From NCBI GenBank assembly GCA_963695095.1, contig CAVOFT010000001.1, positions 1,152,001-1,216,000 of the forward strand: a stretch of DNA of 64,000 nucleotides, in the 5' to 3' direction. Below are positions 39,017-49,068 of the stretch, piece by piece; positions within the stretch are counted from its first letter, which is position 1; every line of letters begins with the position of its first letter. The position numbers were made by a program, and so were the translations under genes. Source of the DNA: an uncultured bacterium (GTDB taxonomy: Bacteria; Krumholzibacteriota; Krumholzibacteriia; JACNKJ01). The notes under the pieces were generated by a model. The model saw nothing but the letters and a program-made list of their open reading frames with translations. It was not told the origin of the DNA and did no database searches.

Positions 39017-41182
39017 ATGCTCAAGTCCCTGAAGCTGAAGACGCGTGCCTGGGGGCGGCTCGGCCTCGTCGCGCTCGCCCTGATCGCGCTCGTCCCGGCG
39101 GCCGGCCAGGCCGGCGAGAGCCGCTATGACAAGGTCGTCACTTCCCTGCCCGCGCTCCGCGACTTCCAGGTGCCGCAGGTCACGCGCGAGCAGCTCGCCA
39201 ACGGCATGGTGCTCTACCTGGTCGAGGACCACGACCTGCCGGTCGTCCGCCTCTCCGCGATGATCCGCGCCGGGCGCATCTACGAGCCGGCCGCCCAGAC
39301 GGGACTGGCCGACCTGGTCGGCGAGGTGATGCGCACCGGCGGCACCGAGCGCTACCCCGGCGACGAGCTGGACGAGCTGCTCGAGAACATGGGCGCCAGC
39401 GTCGAGACCGGCATGGACGAGGCGAACGCCAGCGCCTCCCTGAACTGCCTCACCGAGAATTTCGACGAGGTGCTCGCCGTCTTCGTGGACGTGCTGCGCT
39501 ACCCGGCCTTCCCCGATGAGAAGCTCGACCTCGCCATCACGCAGGCGAAGACTGCCATCAGCCGCCGCAACGACGACGCTTCGGGGATCGCCAATCGCGA
39601 GATCCAGCGCCTCTACTTCGGCGCGGACAGCCCCTACGCCCGCGAACCGGAGTACGATACCCTGGCCGCCATCGAGCGCGCGGACCTGGTTGCCTTTCAC
39701 GAGTACTTCTATCACCCGAACAACATGATCCTCGTGGCCGGCGGCGATTTCGACACGGCAACGATGAAGGCCAAGCTCAGCGCGGCCTTCGCCGACTGGC
39801 CGCAGGGGGAGACCTTCTTCCCGCCGGATCCCCTGATCTCCGACACGCCGATGTCGGTCAACTACATCGCCAAGGAAGACGTCAACCAGTCGAAGATCCG
39901 CATGGGGCACCTCGGCATCCGCTGGGACGACGAGCATCTCTTTCCCCTGCAGGTGCTCAACGAGATTCTCGGCGGCGGCTTCTCGAGCCGGCTCTTCAGC
40001 GAGGTGCGCAGCAAGCGCGAGCTGGCCTACGGCGTCTGGGCCTGGATGATCGTGGGCAACCACCACCGCATGCCCTTCACGGTGGGCGTCGACACCAAGA
40101 GCGAGTCGACGGTGGAGGCGATCACCATCATCATGGACGAGCTGCGCAAGGTGCGCGAGGAGCCCGTCACCGCCGACGAGCTGCGGCGCGCCAAGGAGGG
40201 CCTGAAGAACGGCTTCGTCTTCAACTTCTCCAATCCCTTCTCGATCGCCAGCCGCAAGGCTTCCTACGAGTTCTGGGGCCGGCCGGCCGACTACCTGGAC
40301 ACCTTCCTGGACAAGGTGGACGCCGTCACCGCCGCCGATATCCTCGCCGCAGCCAAGGCGCGCATCCACCCGGAGCAGATGGCGATTCTCGTCGTCGGCC
40401 GCGCGGCGGACTTCGATGCGCCCCTGGCCAGCCTCGGCTTCGGCGAGCCGACCGAGATCGACATCACCATTCCGGAGCCCAAGTTCGCCCTGGAACTGCC
40501 GGAGGCGACGAGCGAGAACCTGGCCGCCGGTCGCGCGCTGATGGACAAGGCCCTGGCGGCCCACGGCGGCGCCAAGGCCCTGGCGGCGGTCAAGTCGCTG
40601 CGTTTCAAGGGCGACTTCCTGATCAAGGAAACGGGCATGGGCCCGATGACCTTCGGTATCGTCCAGCAGCGTTTGGGCGAAGATCGCCTGCGCCTGGAGA
40701 CGACGACGCCCTTCGGCAACATGGTTCAGATCCTCACGCCGGACGCGGCCTGGGTGATCAGCCCGCGCGGCAAGCAGACCGTCACCGGGAAGGACCTGGC
40801 CGAGATGTGGCGCAGCGAAAGGAGCGACGCCCTGCACCTGCTTCGCCACCTCGACGACTATCGCGCGCTGTCCCTGGGTCGCGAGGCCTTTGCCGGGGAG
40901 GACTGCGCCGTGGTCTACCTGCAGGGTGAGGGCGACGAAGGCTACAGGGTCTTCCTGGGCGTGGATCACCTGTTCCGCGGCATGGAATACAAGGATAGCG
41001 GCCAGGCGGGGCCGGTGATGAATCTCACGACCTTCGGCGACTACGCGGCGACGGGCGGCGTGCAGTTCGCGCGCAGCTTCACGATCGACCACGACGGCAC
41101 CCCCTTCGCGACGCTGACGATCAAGGAGGTGGTGGTGAATCCGACGCTGCCGGCATCGCTCTTCGCCGAGCCCGCCGACTAG
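39017..41182 (+). CDS. M16 peptidase partner subunit (no HxxEH) with a beta-rich C-terminal extension
   Basis: 'LANGM..LVEDHDLP', 'ILGGGFSSRLFSEVR..LAYGV'; extra domain of about 230 aa. Confidence 0.88.
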   Translation: MLKSLKLKTRAWGRLGLVALALIALVPAAGQAGESRYDKVVTSLPALRDFQVPQVTREQLANGMVLYLVEDHDLPVVRLSAMIRAGRIYEPAAQTGLADLVGEVMRTGGTERYPGDELDELLENMGASVETGMDEANASASLNCLTENFDEVLAVFVDVLRYPAFPDEKLDLAITQAKTAISRRNDDASGIANREIQRLYFGADSPYAREPEYDTLAAIERADLVAFHEYFYHPNNMILVAGGDFDTATMKAKLSAAFADWPQGETFFPPDPLISDTPMSVNYIAKEDVNQSKIRMGHLGIRWDDEHLFPLQVLNEILGGGFSSRLFSEVRSKRELAYGVWAWMIVGNHHRMPFTVGVDTKSESTVEAITIIMDELRKVREEPVTADELRRAKEGLKNGFVFNFSNPFSIASRKASYEFWGRPADYLDTFLDKVDAVTAADILAAAKARIHPEQMAILVVGRAADFDAPLASLGFGEPTEIDITIPEPKFALELPEATSENLAAGRALMDKALAAHGGAKALAAVKSLRFKGDFLIKETGMGPMTFGIVQQRLGEDRLRLETTTPFGNMVQILTPDAAWVISPRGKQTVTGKDLAEMWRSERSDALHLLRHLDDYRALSLGREAFAGEDCAVVYLQGEGDEGYRVFLGVDHLFRGMEYKDSGQAGPVMNLTTFGDYAATGGVQFARSFTIDHDGTPFATLTIKEVVVNPTLPASLFAEPAD

Positions 41183-41203
41183 CGGCGGCCGGGAGGACGC
41201 GGC

Positions 41204-42295
41204 ATGGCCTGGCGGCGCACGATCGCCGAGTTCGCCGGAGCGATGCTGCGCCAGCGCAGCTACAACCCGCGGCGCAATCTGTACCTGATCTTCGGCCTCC
41301 TCTGGGGGCTGCCGATTCCGCTCTTCTCGCTCGGCCTCGGCTTCTCCCTGGCCGAGCTGAAGCCCTCGCTCGGGAACCTGCCGGGGCTGCTCCGCACGCA
41401 GCCCTGGCAGTTCGTCTTCATGCTGCATCCGCTGCTCTTCTCGGCGGTCTTCGGCATCCTGGGCACCGTCTACGCCATCAAGGAAGAGCAGGTCGCCCGC
41501 CTGCTGCGGGACCTGCGCGGCAAGGTACGCGAGCTGGGCGCCGCCAACCGCGAGCTGCAGGAGCTCGACCAGATGAAGGACGAATTCCTCAGCAACGTCA
41601 CGCACGAGCTGAAGACGCCGCTGGTCACCATCCAGGGCTACAGCGAGATGCTCGACTCGGGGCGCCTCGGCGAGATCAGCGACCGCCAGCGGCGGGCCCT
41701 GGCCGTGATGCGGCGCAACCAGGAACGGCTGCAGGAGCTGATCCGCCAGCTCCTGCGTTACGGCAAGATGGAGGAGAGCACCGCCCAGGTCTTCATCGGC
41801 GAGATCAGCGTGGTCAAGCTCTTCCGCTTCCTCGAGCAGAGCTTCCTGCCCGCCATGGAGCAAAAGGGGATCGACTTTCAGGTGATTCCGCCGGAGGTCG
41901 ACCTGCACGTCGCCGGCCAGGAGGATCTCATCGAGCAGGCGCTGCGCAACCTGATCGGCAACGCGCGCAAGTTCACGGATGCCGGCGGGCGCGTTGCGCT
42001 TACCGTTGATACCACCGAGGTGCCCGAGAGCCTGGGGCTCGTCGTGTCGGACAGCGGTTGCGGCATCGCGAAAGATGCGCTACCCTTCATCTTCGAGCGC
42101 TTTCGGCAGGGCGACGGCTCCATCCGCCGCAAGTACGGCGGCACCGGGCTTGGCCTGGCGATCGTCAAGAAGATTGCCGACGCGCATCGCGCGACGGTGA
42201 AGGTGGACAGCACGGTGGGCCAGGGGTCGCGCTTCACCATCATGCTGCCGATCGTGCCCCGTGACCAGCCCCAGACGAGGAGGATGTCCCGATGA
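41204..42295 (+). CDS. Membrane sensor histidine kinase
   Basis: Two TM segments, 'FLSNVTHELKTPL', 'NLIGNARKFT', 'GGTGLGLAIV'. Confidence 0.93.
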   Translation: MAWRRTIAEFAGAMLRQRSYNPRRNLYLIFGLLWGLPIPLFSLGLGFSLAELKPSLGNLPGLLRTQPWQFVFMLHPLLFSAVFGILGTVYAIKEEQVARLLRDLRGKVRELGAANRELQELDQMKDEFLSNVTHELKTPLVTIQGYSEMLDSGRLGEISDRQRRALAVMRRNQERLQELIRQLLRYGKMEESTAQVFIGEISVVKLFRFLEQSFLPAMEQKGIDFQVIPPEVDLHVAGQEDLIEQALRNLIGNARKFTDAGGRVALTVDTTEVPESLGLVVSDSGCGIAKDALPFIFERFRQGDGSIRRKYGGTGLGLAIVKKIADAHRATVKVDSTVGQGSRFTIMLPIVPRDQPQTRRMSR

Positions 42296-43038
42296 ACGCT
42301 GAGCCGAATCGCCGCATTCTCGTCGTTGACGACGAGCCGGATATCGTCGAGATGCTGCATAGCCTGCTCGAGATCGAGGGCTTCACCGTGAGCACCGCCA
42401 CCAGCGGCGCCCAGGCCGTGGCCGCCCTCGCCGAGCGGCCGGCTCTCGTGCTCCTGGACATCATGATGCCGGACATGGACGGCCACGCCGTGCTGGCGAC
42501 CATCCGTGAGCAGTACGACCAGGCGGCTCTGCCCGTGCTCATGGTAACGGCGCGCAACGACGTCGTCGACATCGGTGCCGCCTTGGACACCGGTGCCAAC
42601 GGTTTCGTGGTCAAGCCCTTCGAAACCGAGAACCTCCTGCGCACGCTGCGGGCGGTGATCGCCCGCCGCCCTGCCGACTTCTACACCAACTACGAGGCCG
42701 TCAAAGGGATTACCGCCCGCGACGGCGTCGGCTACCAGCAGGGCGATCGCATCATCTTCCTCGACCTGCACGAGGCCGATCCCGGCGCCGACCACATCCT
42801 CGAGGCACTTGCCAGCGAGGGCGTGCACATGATGAGCATTCTCCAGTTCGACACCGAACGCGGCGGTCGGCAGAGCTCGGTGCTGGTGACGGCCGAGAAC
42901 GGCCGCGCCTTCGGCGGCTTCCTCAACGCGCTGATGGCCACGGGCAGCGTCGGTGTGACCGCCTGTCAGATCTACAAGGATGCCCTCGATCTGCCCCATG
43001 ACCTGATCACCGGCGACCAGGAGTACAGCCTGGACTAG
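42292..43038 (+). CDS. Response regulator (REC plus unrecognised C-terminal domain)
   Basis: 'ILVVDDE', 'LLDIMMPDMDG', 'KPF'; no recognisable HTH. Confidence 0.88.
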   Translation: MNAEPNRRILVVDDEPDIVEMLHSLLEIEGFTVSTATSGAQAVAALAERPALVLLDIMMPDMDGHAVLATIREQYDQAALPVLMVTARNDVVDIGAALDTGANGFVVKPFETENLLRTLRAVIARRPADFYTNYEAVKGITARDGVGYQQGDRIIFLDLHEADPGADHILEALASEGVHMMSILQFDTERGGRQSSVLVTAENGRAFGGFLNALMATGSVGVTACQIYKDALDLPHDLITGDQEYSLD

Positions 43039-43064
43039 CCGCGGAGACTGCAAGGAGAAACCCC

Positions 43065-45041
43065 ATGCGCATCCTGCTCGCCGCGTTCGTTCTGCTCGCC
43101 GCCGCGAGCAACCCGGCAGCCGGCCCTGCCGTGCCGGCGGACCCGCTTCTCGATCTCAAGGCGAACTTCTGCCGCGCGGGCGCCGGCCTGCTGGCGGGCC
43201 GGGCGCCGCAGGCGCGGGACTACGACTGGGACATCCTCCACGCCGAGCTGCACTTCACCCCGGACTTCGCGGCCGAGACCCTCGCCGGCAGCGTGCGCTT
43301 CGACAGCCGCGCCGAGACGGCCGGCCTGGCCACCGTCAGCCTCGACTTCGACCAGGCGATGAACCTGCTCGCCGTCCGCCAGGACGGCAGCCCCGTCGCC
43401 TGGACCCACGGCGGCGATCTCGCGGTCGTCACCCTGAGCGCCCCCTTGGCGGCTGGGCAGCTCTTCAGCCTCGAGCTGGACTTCGTCGGCTCGCCCGGCT
43501 CCACCGGCTTCGGCAGCTTCACCTGGACGGATCACGGCGGCGTGCCCCTGGTCGCCACGCTCAGCGAACCCGAGGGCGCCCGCGACTGGTGGCCCTGCAA
43601 GGACGTCCCCGACGAGAAGTTCACCGCCGATCTCTACTACCGCGTGCCCAGCGCCTACTCGGCGCCGGGGCCGGGCCTGCTCCAGTCCGTCACCGATCAC
43701 GGCGACGGCAGCAGCACCTGGCACTGGCGCGAAAGCTACCCGATCAACTCCTACCTGATCGCGCTCACGGTGACGAACTACCAGCACTACACCGATTGGT
43801 ACGTGAGCAGCAGCGGCGACTCGCTGCCCATCGAGAACTACGTCTACCCGGAGAACTACACGAACTCGGTCGAGGACCTCAGCATCACGCCGCTCGCCCT
43901 GGCCATCATGGACAGCCTCTTCGGCGAGTATCCCTTCATGGACGAGAAGTACGGCCACATGGTCTTCCACTGGGCCGGCGCCATGGAGCATCAGACCTGC
44001 ACGAGCATGGGCAACGCGGTGCTCGGCGGCGGCCACTACTACGACCGCATCGTGATGCACGAGCTGGCCCATCAGTGGTTCGGCGACGCCGTGACGCTGC
44101 AGGACTGGGAGAACGTCTGGCTGAACGAGGGCTTCGCGAGCTACTGCGAGGCAATCTGGTTCGAGTACGTGGGTGGCCAGGCCGGCCTCACCACATGGAT
44201 GACCCAGACCACCTCCGACTTCGTCGGGCCGGTGTACAACAACCCCGCCCTCTTCGGCAGCGTGGTCTACCGCAAGGGCGCCTGGGTGCTGCACATGTTG
44301 CGCTTCATGCTCGGCGACGAGACCTTCTTCGGCGCCCTGCGCTACTACTACGGCCAGCACCTCTACGGCAACGCGCATACCACGGACCTGGAGGCCGACC
44401 TCGAGGCCTACACGGGCCGGGACCTGACCGGCTTCTTCCAGCAGTGGGTCTACGGCGAGAACAGACCGGTCTACCAGTGGGCCTGGCAGGCCAGGAGCGG
44501 CACCGGCGGCTGGTGGCTGGACCTGCAGATCCGCCAGGTGCAGACCAATGCCGGCCTGTTCACGATGCCTCTGCCCTTTCGCGTGACGACGGCTCTGGGC
44601 CCGCTCGACCTGCGCGTGGACAACGACGCCTGGCATCAGAACTACAGCCTGCCCTTGGGACCCCAGGAACCGCTGGACCTCGCCTTCGACCCCGACAACT
44701 GGGTGCTGGAGTCCAGCAGCGAAGTGGCCTTCGATCCCACGGCCGCGGGAGGGGTCCCGCTAGTGGCCACGGGCCTCGCCGGCTGCTACCCGAATCCCTT
44801 CAATCCGTCCACGCGCGTGGCCTTCACGCTGGCGACGCCGGGTCCCGTGCGCCTGGAGGTCTTCGACACCGCGGGCCGCCGTCTGCGCGTGCTGGCGGAG
44901 GGGCCGCGCCCGGCGGGGCCGCAGAGCCTCGCCTTCGACGGCCTCGATGCGCACGGCGAGCCCCTGGCCAGCGGCGTCTACCTGCTGCGCCTCAGCGCCG
45001 GCGGCCGGGAGTTCAGCCAGCGCGCCGTCTTGCTCAAGTAG
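43065..45041 (+). CDS. Secreted M1 aminopeptidase with FlgD-Ig C-terminus
   Basis: GAMEH, HELAHQWFG..WLNEGFASY, YRKGAWVLHMLR; 'PNPFNP..SGVYLL'. Confidence 0.93.
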   Translation: MRILLAAFVLLAAASNPAAGPAVPADPLLDLKANFCRAGAGLLAGRAPQARDYDWDILHAELHFTPDFAAETLAGSVRFDSRAETAGLATVSLDFDQAMNLLAVRQDGSPVAWTHGGDLAVVTLSAPLAAGQLFSLELDFVGSPGSTGFGSFTWTDHGGVPLVATLSEPEGARDWWPCKDVPDEKFTADLYYRVPSAYSAPGPGLLQSVTDHGDGSSTWHWRESYPINSYLIALTVTNYQHYTDWYVSSSGDSLPIENYVYPENYTNSVEDLSITPLALAIMDSLFGEYPFMDEKYGHMVFHWAGAMEHQTCTSMGNAVLGGGHYYDRIVMHELAHQWFGDAVTLQDWENVWLNEGFASYCEAIWFEYVGGQAGLTTWMTQTTSDFVGPVYNNPALFGSVVYRKGAWVLHMLRFMLGDETFFGALRYYYGQHLYGNAHTTDLEADLEAYTGRDLTGFFQQWVYGENRPVYQWAWQARSGTGGWWLDLQIRQVQTNAGLFTMPLPFRVTTALGPLDLRVDNDAWHQNYSLPLGPQEPLDLAFDPDNWVLESSSEVAFDPTAAGGVPLVATGLAGCYPNPFNPSTRVAFTLATPGPVRLEVFDTAGRRLRVLAEGPRPAGPQSLAFDGLDAHGEPLASGVYLLRLSAGGREFSQRAVLLK

Positions 45042-45122
45042 GGGAGGGCGAACTCCGCTTCTCGGCTCGGCACGGTGTCTGCTATACTGGACACCGCTAC
45101 ACCCTGGGAGAGGAGGACCCCT

Positions 45123-47516
45123 GTGCTGCTTCGCGCCACCACCCTTGGGCGCTTCGGCGCCATTCTGTGCCTGCTGGCCCTTGCCGTCGCCACCGCAGCG
45201 GCGAGCACCGAACACCATGCCCAGCTCCGCTACTGGCTCGACACGAGCGAGGATCGCGCCTTCATCGAGCGCGAAGCGGGCCGACTGGACCTCGTCCCCA
45301 GCCGTGAGGGCGACTACGTCGACATCTTCGTTCCCAGCACCGAGCGCGAGGCCTTCATGGGTCTGGGCAGCCGCGTCGAGCTGATCCACGCCGACGTCGA
45401 GAGCTTCTACGCGGAGCGCCTGGGCGATCGCGCCGACTACGGCCTCTACCACACCTATGCCGAGTCCGTGGCCTGGATGGACAGCCTGCGCACGCTCTAC
45501 CCGCAGGTGATCAGCGCGCGCTGGGCGCTCGGCCAGGGGCACCTGGGCAACCAGATCTGGTGCGCCCGCCTCTCGGACAATCCCGATCTCGACGAGGTCG
45601 GCGAGCCCGAGGTGCTCTTCGACGGCGCGCATCACGCCCGCGAGATCATGGCCTCCGAGATGCCGATGATGCTGGCCCAGTACCTCTGCGAGCAGTACGA
45701 CGCCGGCAACCCGGAGATCGTCGATCTGCTCGATGCGAACGAGGTCTACATCGTGCCCATCGTCAACCCGGACGGCTTTCTCTACAACGAGCAGACGAAT
45801 CCCAACGGCGGCGGCATGTGGCGCAAGAACCGTCGCAACAACGGCAGCAGCTACGGCGTGGATCCGAACCGCAACTACCCCTACGAGTGGGGCTGCGACT
45901 GGGGCAGCAGCGGCGTGCCCAGCGACGAGACCTACCGCGGGCCCGCGCCGGGCAGCGAGCCCGAGGTGCAGGCGATGATGACCTTCATCAACGCCCACGA
46001 TTTCGTCGTTCGCCAGAGTCTCCACACTTACGGCGAGCTGACGCTCTACCCCTGGGGCTACACGACCGCGAATACCCCGGATGAGGATGTCTTCCGCGAG
46101 TTGGCCGCCGCGATGGTGCAGTTCAACGGCTACACGCCGGGCCAGCCGGGCGAGGTGCTCTACGACGTCTGCGGCGGCACTTTCGACTGGGACTACGGCG
46201 CCCAGGGCGAGCACGGCAAGATCTACGGCTTCACCAACGAGATGGGCAACAGCACCGACGGCTTCTGGCCGACGAATGCCCGCCGCCAGGCGCTCTTCGA
46301 CGACAACCTCTGGCCCGCGCTCTACCTGATCCAGGCGGCGGGCAGCCTGCGCGGGGTGACCTGGCAGCACAGCCCGCTCCCCTTCACGGCCGCGCCCGGC
46401 GGCGGCTACCTCACCGTCGGCGTGCCGCAGGGCTTCGCCGGCGCGGCCATCGAGCCCGGCAGCGTGACCCTGCGGTATCGGGTGAACGGCGGGGCCTTCT
46501 CGGCCATCGCGATGACGCCCACGGGCCAGCCCGGCGAGTACGGCGCCTCGATTCCGAGCCAGGCCGAGGGGAGCGCCGTCGAGTACTACCTGAGCGCGAC
46601 GGATGTGAGCGGCAACGACGGCTCGAGCCCGCGCAACGCGCCCGATGCCCTGCACTACTTCGAGGTGGGCGCGAGCTTTGCCCATGACATGGAAGCCGAT
46701 CGCGGCTGGACGGTCGGCGATGCCGCCGACGACGCCACCAGCGGCCTCTGGGTGCGCGTCGATCCCGTGGGCACGGCGGCGCAGCCGGAGGACGACCACA
46801 GCGCCGCCGGCGCCCAGTGCTGGGTGACCGGGCAGCACGTGGCCGGCCAGACCGTCGGCTACAATGACGTGGACGGCGGCGCGACAACGCTCTTCTCGCC
46901 GGTCTACGATCTGACGGGGGCCGAGTCGGTCAGCTTCAGCTACTGGCGCTGGTACTCGAACGATCAGGGCAGCAACCCGGGCGCCGACAACTGGCAGGTC
47001 TTCGTCTCCAACAACGCCGGCCAGAGCTGGGCGGCGGTGGAGAACACCACGATCTCATCCAACGCCTGGGAGAGCCACAGCTTCGATCTCGCCACCTTCT
47101 TCGCCCTGGCGGGCGAGGTGCAACTCAAGTTCGTCGCCAGCGACACGGGTAGCGGCTCGGTGGTCGAGGGCGCCGTGGACGATTTCATGATCGCCGGCGT
47201 CTTCGACACGACCGCCACGGAAGAGACTCCGGCCGGCCTGCGCCTCAGCCTGGCCCAGGCCTTCCCGAATCCCTTCAATCCGACGACGACCGTGCGCTTC
47301 ACGATCGCCAGGCCGGGCTTCGCCAGCTTGGGCATCTACGACGCACAGGGGCGCCTGCTGCGGTCGCTGCTGACCGGCGAACTGCCGGCCGGCGAGCAGG
47401 CGGTGAGCTGGAACGGGCGCGACGCCCTCGGGCGGCCGGTGGCCAGCGGCGTCTACTTCATCCGCTTGCAGAGCGGCGGCAAGGAACTGACGCGAAAGGT
47501 CGTGCTCGCCAAGTAA
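45123..47516 (+). CDS. Secreted M14 zinc carboxypeptidase (carboxypeptidase T-like) with accessory domains and FlgD-Ig C-terminus
   Basis: HHARE, VNPDG, WRKNRR, GVDPNRNY, SEPE, HTYG; 'PNPFNP..SGVYF'; GAGGAGG RBS before the GTG at 45123. Confidence 0.93.
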   Translation: MLLRATTLGRFGAILCLLALAVATAAASTEHHAQLRYWLDTSEDRAFIEREAGRLDLVPSREGDYVDIFVPSTEREAFMGLGSRVELIHADVESFYAERLGDRADYGLYHTYAESVAWMDSLRTLYPQVISARWALGQGHLGNQIWCARLSDNPDLDEVGEPEVLFDGAHHAREIMASEMPMMLAQYLCEQYDAGNPEIVDLLDANEVYIVPIVNPDGFLYNEQTNPNGGGMWRKNRRNNGSSYGVDPNRNYPYEWGCDWGSSGVPSDETYRGPAPGSEPEVQAMMTFINAHDFVVRQSLHTYGELTLYPWGYTTANTPDEDVFRELAAAMVQFNGYTPGQPGEVLYDVCGGTFDWDYGAQGEHGKIYGFTNEMGNSTDGFWPTNARRQALFDDNLWPALYLIQAAGSLRGVTWQHSPLPFTAAPGGGYLTVGVPQGFAGAAIEPGSVTLRYRVNGGAFSAIAMTPTGQPGEYGASIPSQAEGSAVEYYLSATDVSGNDGSSPRNAPDALHYFEVGASFAHDMEADRGWTVGDAADDATSGLWVRVDPVGTAAQPEDDHSAAGAQCWVTGQHVAGQTVGYNDVDGGATTLFSPVYDLTGAESVSFSYWRWYSNDQGSNPGADNWQVFVSNNAGQSWAAVENTTISSNAWESHSFDLATFFALAGEVQLKFVASDTGSGSVVEGAVDDFMIAGVFDTTATEETPAGLRLSLAQAFPNPFNPTTTVRFTIARPGFASLGIYDAQGRLLRSLLTGELPAGEQAVSWNGRDALGRPVASGVYFIRLQSGGKELTRKVVLAK

Positions 47517-47736
47517 GACTGCCCGGAACGCGATCGAAGCCGCCGCACTCAACTCCTCCCGCGCGCGAGAGAACGCGCGCGGCGAGAAGTCGAGTGCGGC
47601 GGCCCGTTTGTGGCCTGGGCAGCCCCGCCCGCGAACACGGCCGGGCGAAGCGCGCTGATACCCACCCGGGAGCTGCACCAGCCGCCGCTTCGCGGCCTGA
47701 TACCGGGTGGACTTCATCGCTTTTTTCTGGACGAGA

Positions 47737-47765
47737 TTGCGCGCCTGTGAAACCGTCTCCATAAT
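47737..47765 (+). promoter_or_regulatory. Sigma70 promoter
   Basis: TTGCGC-N17-CATAAT. Confidence 0.5.
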
Positions 47766-47814
47766 CTGCGGGGATGCTGTCGTCGGCGGCTCGCCGGCGA
47801 CGGAGGAGGTCAGG

Positions 47815-48045
47815 ATGAGCCTCGGTGTGGACAAGGGTCGCCAGGATCACATGGTCGTGCTCGCTGCCGACGGCGACGAGCGCGAAAAGCGGGAGATGGC
47901 CACCATTCTGCGCAGTCTGGCGCAGGCCATGGACGATCAGGACTTTGTCGGCTGTCCCCTGCTGGTCATGGAACAGCGCTGCTACGAGCGCCTTCTGGGC
48001 TTGCACCGCCGCGCGGTGCGGGCTGCGGGCGGCCAGCAGACCTGA
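47815..48045 (+). CDS. 76-aa hypothetical protein
   Basis: GGAGGAGG RBS and a promoter directly upstream. Confidence 0.6.
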   Translation: MSLGVDKGRQDHMVVLAADGDEREKREMATILRSLAQAMDDQDFVGCPLLVMEQRCYERLLGLHRRAVRAAGGQQT

Positions 48046-48213
48046 GCGGCGGCGGCCGGCGCGGGACTGCCCTCGCCGGGAGGGGTAGGGCGGCTTACCA
48101 TCGTGTTTGTTCGGGGCTGGTCAAAGCCCTCGGGTGGGGCTAGAGTTGTGGCATTCGATAACCACGGCGAGATGTCCCGCTGCGGACGCTCCCTCTCAGC
48201 GAAAGGACGGAAC

Positions 48214-48786
48214 ATGACTACAATGCGCTACCGCCTGCTGCTGGCCGCGGTCGCCCTGCTGGCCTTGCTGCCAGTCGGCGCCTTCGCCCAGGACAAGGTG
48301 CTCGAACTGGACACGCTGCCCGGCCGGGAGCCGATTCCGCCCGACTGTTCGGGCTGGCACGAGCTGTGGCCGAACTTCTGCGCCCCCGCTCACCAGGACA
48401 GCGTCGAGGACAATGGAGACGGTGAGCTCACCGCCTGCGACTTCATCTACCTGGACGGCGTGCGTTACCACATCGACTGGATCGGCCCCACCTACTGGCT
48501 GGACTGCGAGCTGATTCTCGAGCCCACCGATTACCAGCCAGGCGATCCGGTCTGCCAGACCTGGATCGAGATCTGGCCCGACTATGGCCAGCTCTGGCAT
48601 GTCGACGCCTGGGAGGACAACGGCAACGGTGTCGTGGATGCCTGCGATATCATCACCGTCACCGGCCCCGGCGGCACCTTGGCCTGTCACGTGAACGAGG
48701 TGGCGACGAACATTCGCGTCACCGGCGATCCGACGCCCGTCGAGGAAGGCACCTGGAGCCGCATCAAGAGCTTCTTCGGCTTCTAG
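48214..48786 (+). CDS. Secreted Cys/Trp-rich protein with two DNGxG repeats and a TWxxIK tail
   Basis: Signal peptide; repeats 'WHELWP..EDNGDGELTACD' and 'WIEIWP..EDNGNGVVDACD'; tail 'TPVEEGTWSRIKSFFGF'. Confidence 0.8.
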   Translation: MTTMRYRLLLAAVALLALLPVGAFAQDKVLELDTLPGREPIPPDCSGWHELWPNFCAPAHQDSVEDNGDGELTACDFIYLDGVRYHIDWIGPTYWLDCELILEPTDYQPGDPVCQTWIEIWPDYGQLWHVDAWEDNGNGVVDACDIITVTGPGGTLACHVNEVATNIRVTGDPTPVEEGTWSRIKSFFGF

Positions 48787-48817
48787 GCTTTCCCGCTGCC
48801 CCTGCGATTTCCGCTTC

Positions 48818-48849
48818 GGCCCGGCGCCCTGAGGGCGCCGGGCCTCTTT
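48818..48849 (+). terminator. Intrinsic terminator
   Basis: GGCCCGGCGCCC-TGA-GGGCGCCGGGCC-TCTTT. Confidence 0.75.
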
Positions 48850-49068
48850 GTGCACCGGTGAGGATTGGCTCTGATCCGCCGAGAAGCGGAGAAGGCCGCC
48901 ACCGGCAGGGCCGCGGTGAGCCAGCCGCCGCACTCCTTGCAGCGGCAGATCACGACCTGGGAGGGCGCCTCGTTTTGTACACGTGTACACTCCGCCACGA
49001 CTGGGGCCGCGAAGGCAGCCGGCAGCAGCTCGGTCTTCGCCTCGGCGTGTCCTCTTGCCGGACCGAGG

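Noticed and set aside
37319..41908. 1529-aa minus-strand ORF
   Set aside because: Antisense to the M16 pair and kinase, which carry the real motifs.
48783..48998. 71-aa CxCxxC ORF
   Set aside because: No clear RBS, atypical codons, and it runs through the terminator of the opposite gene.
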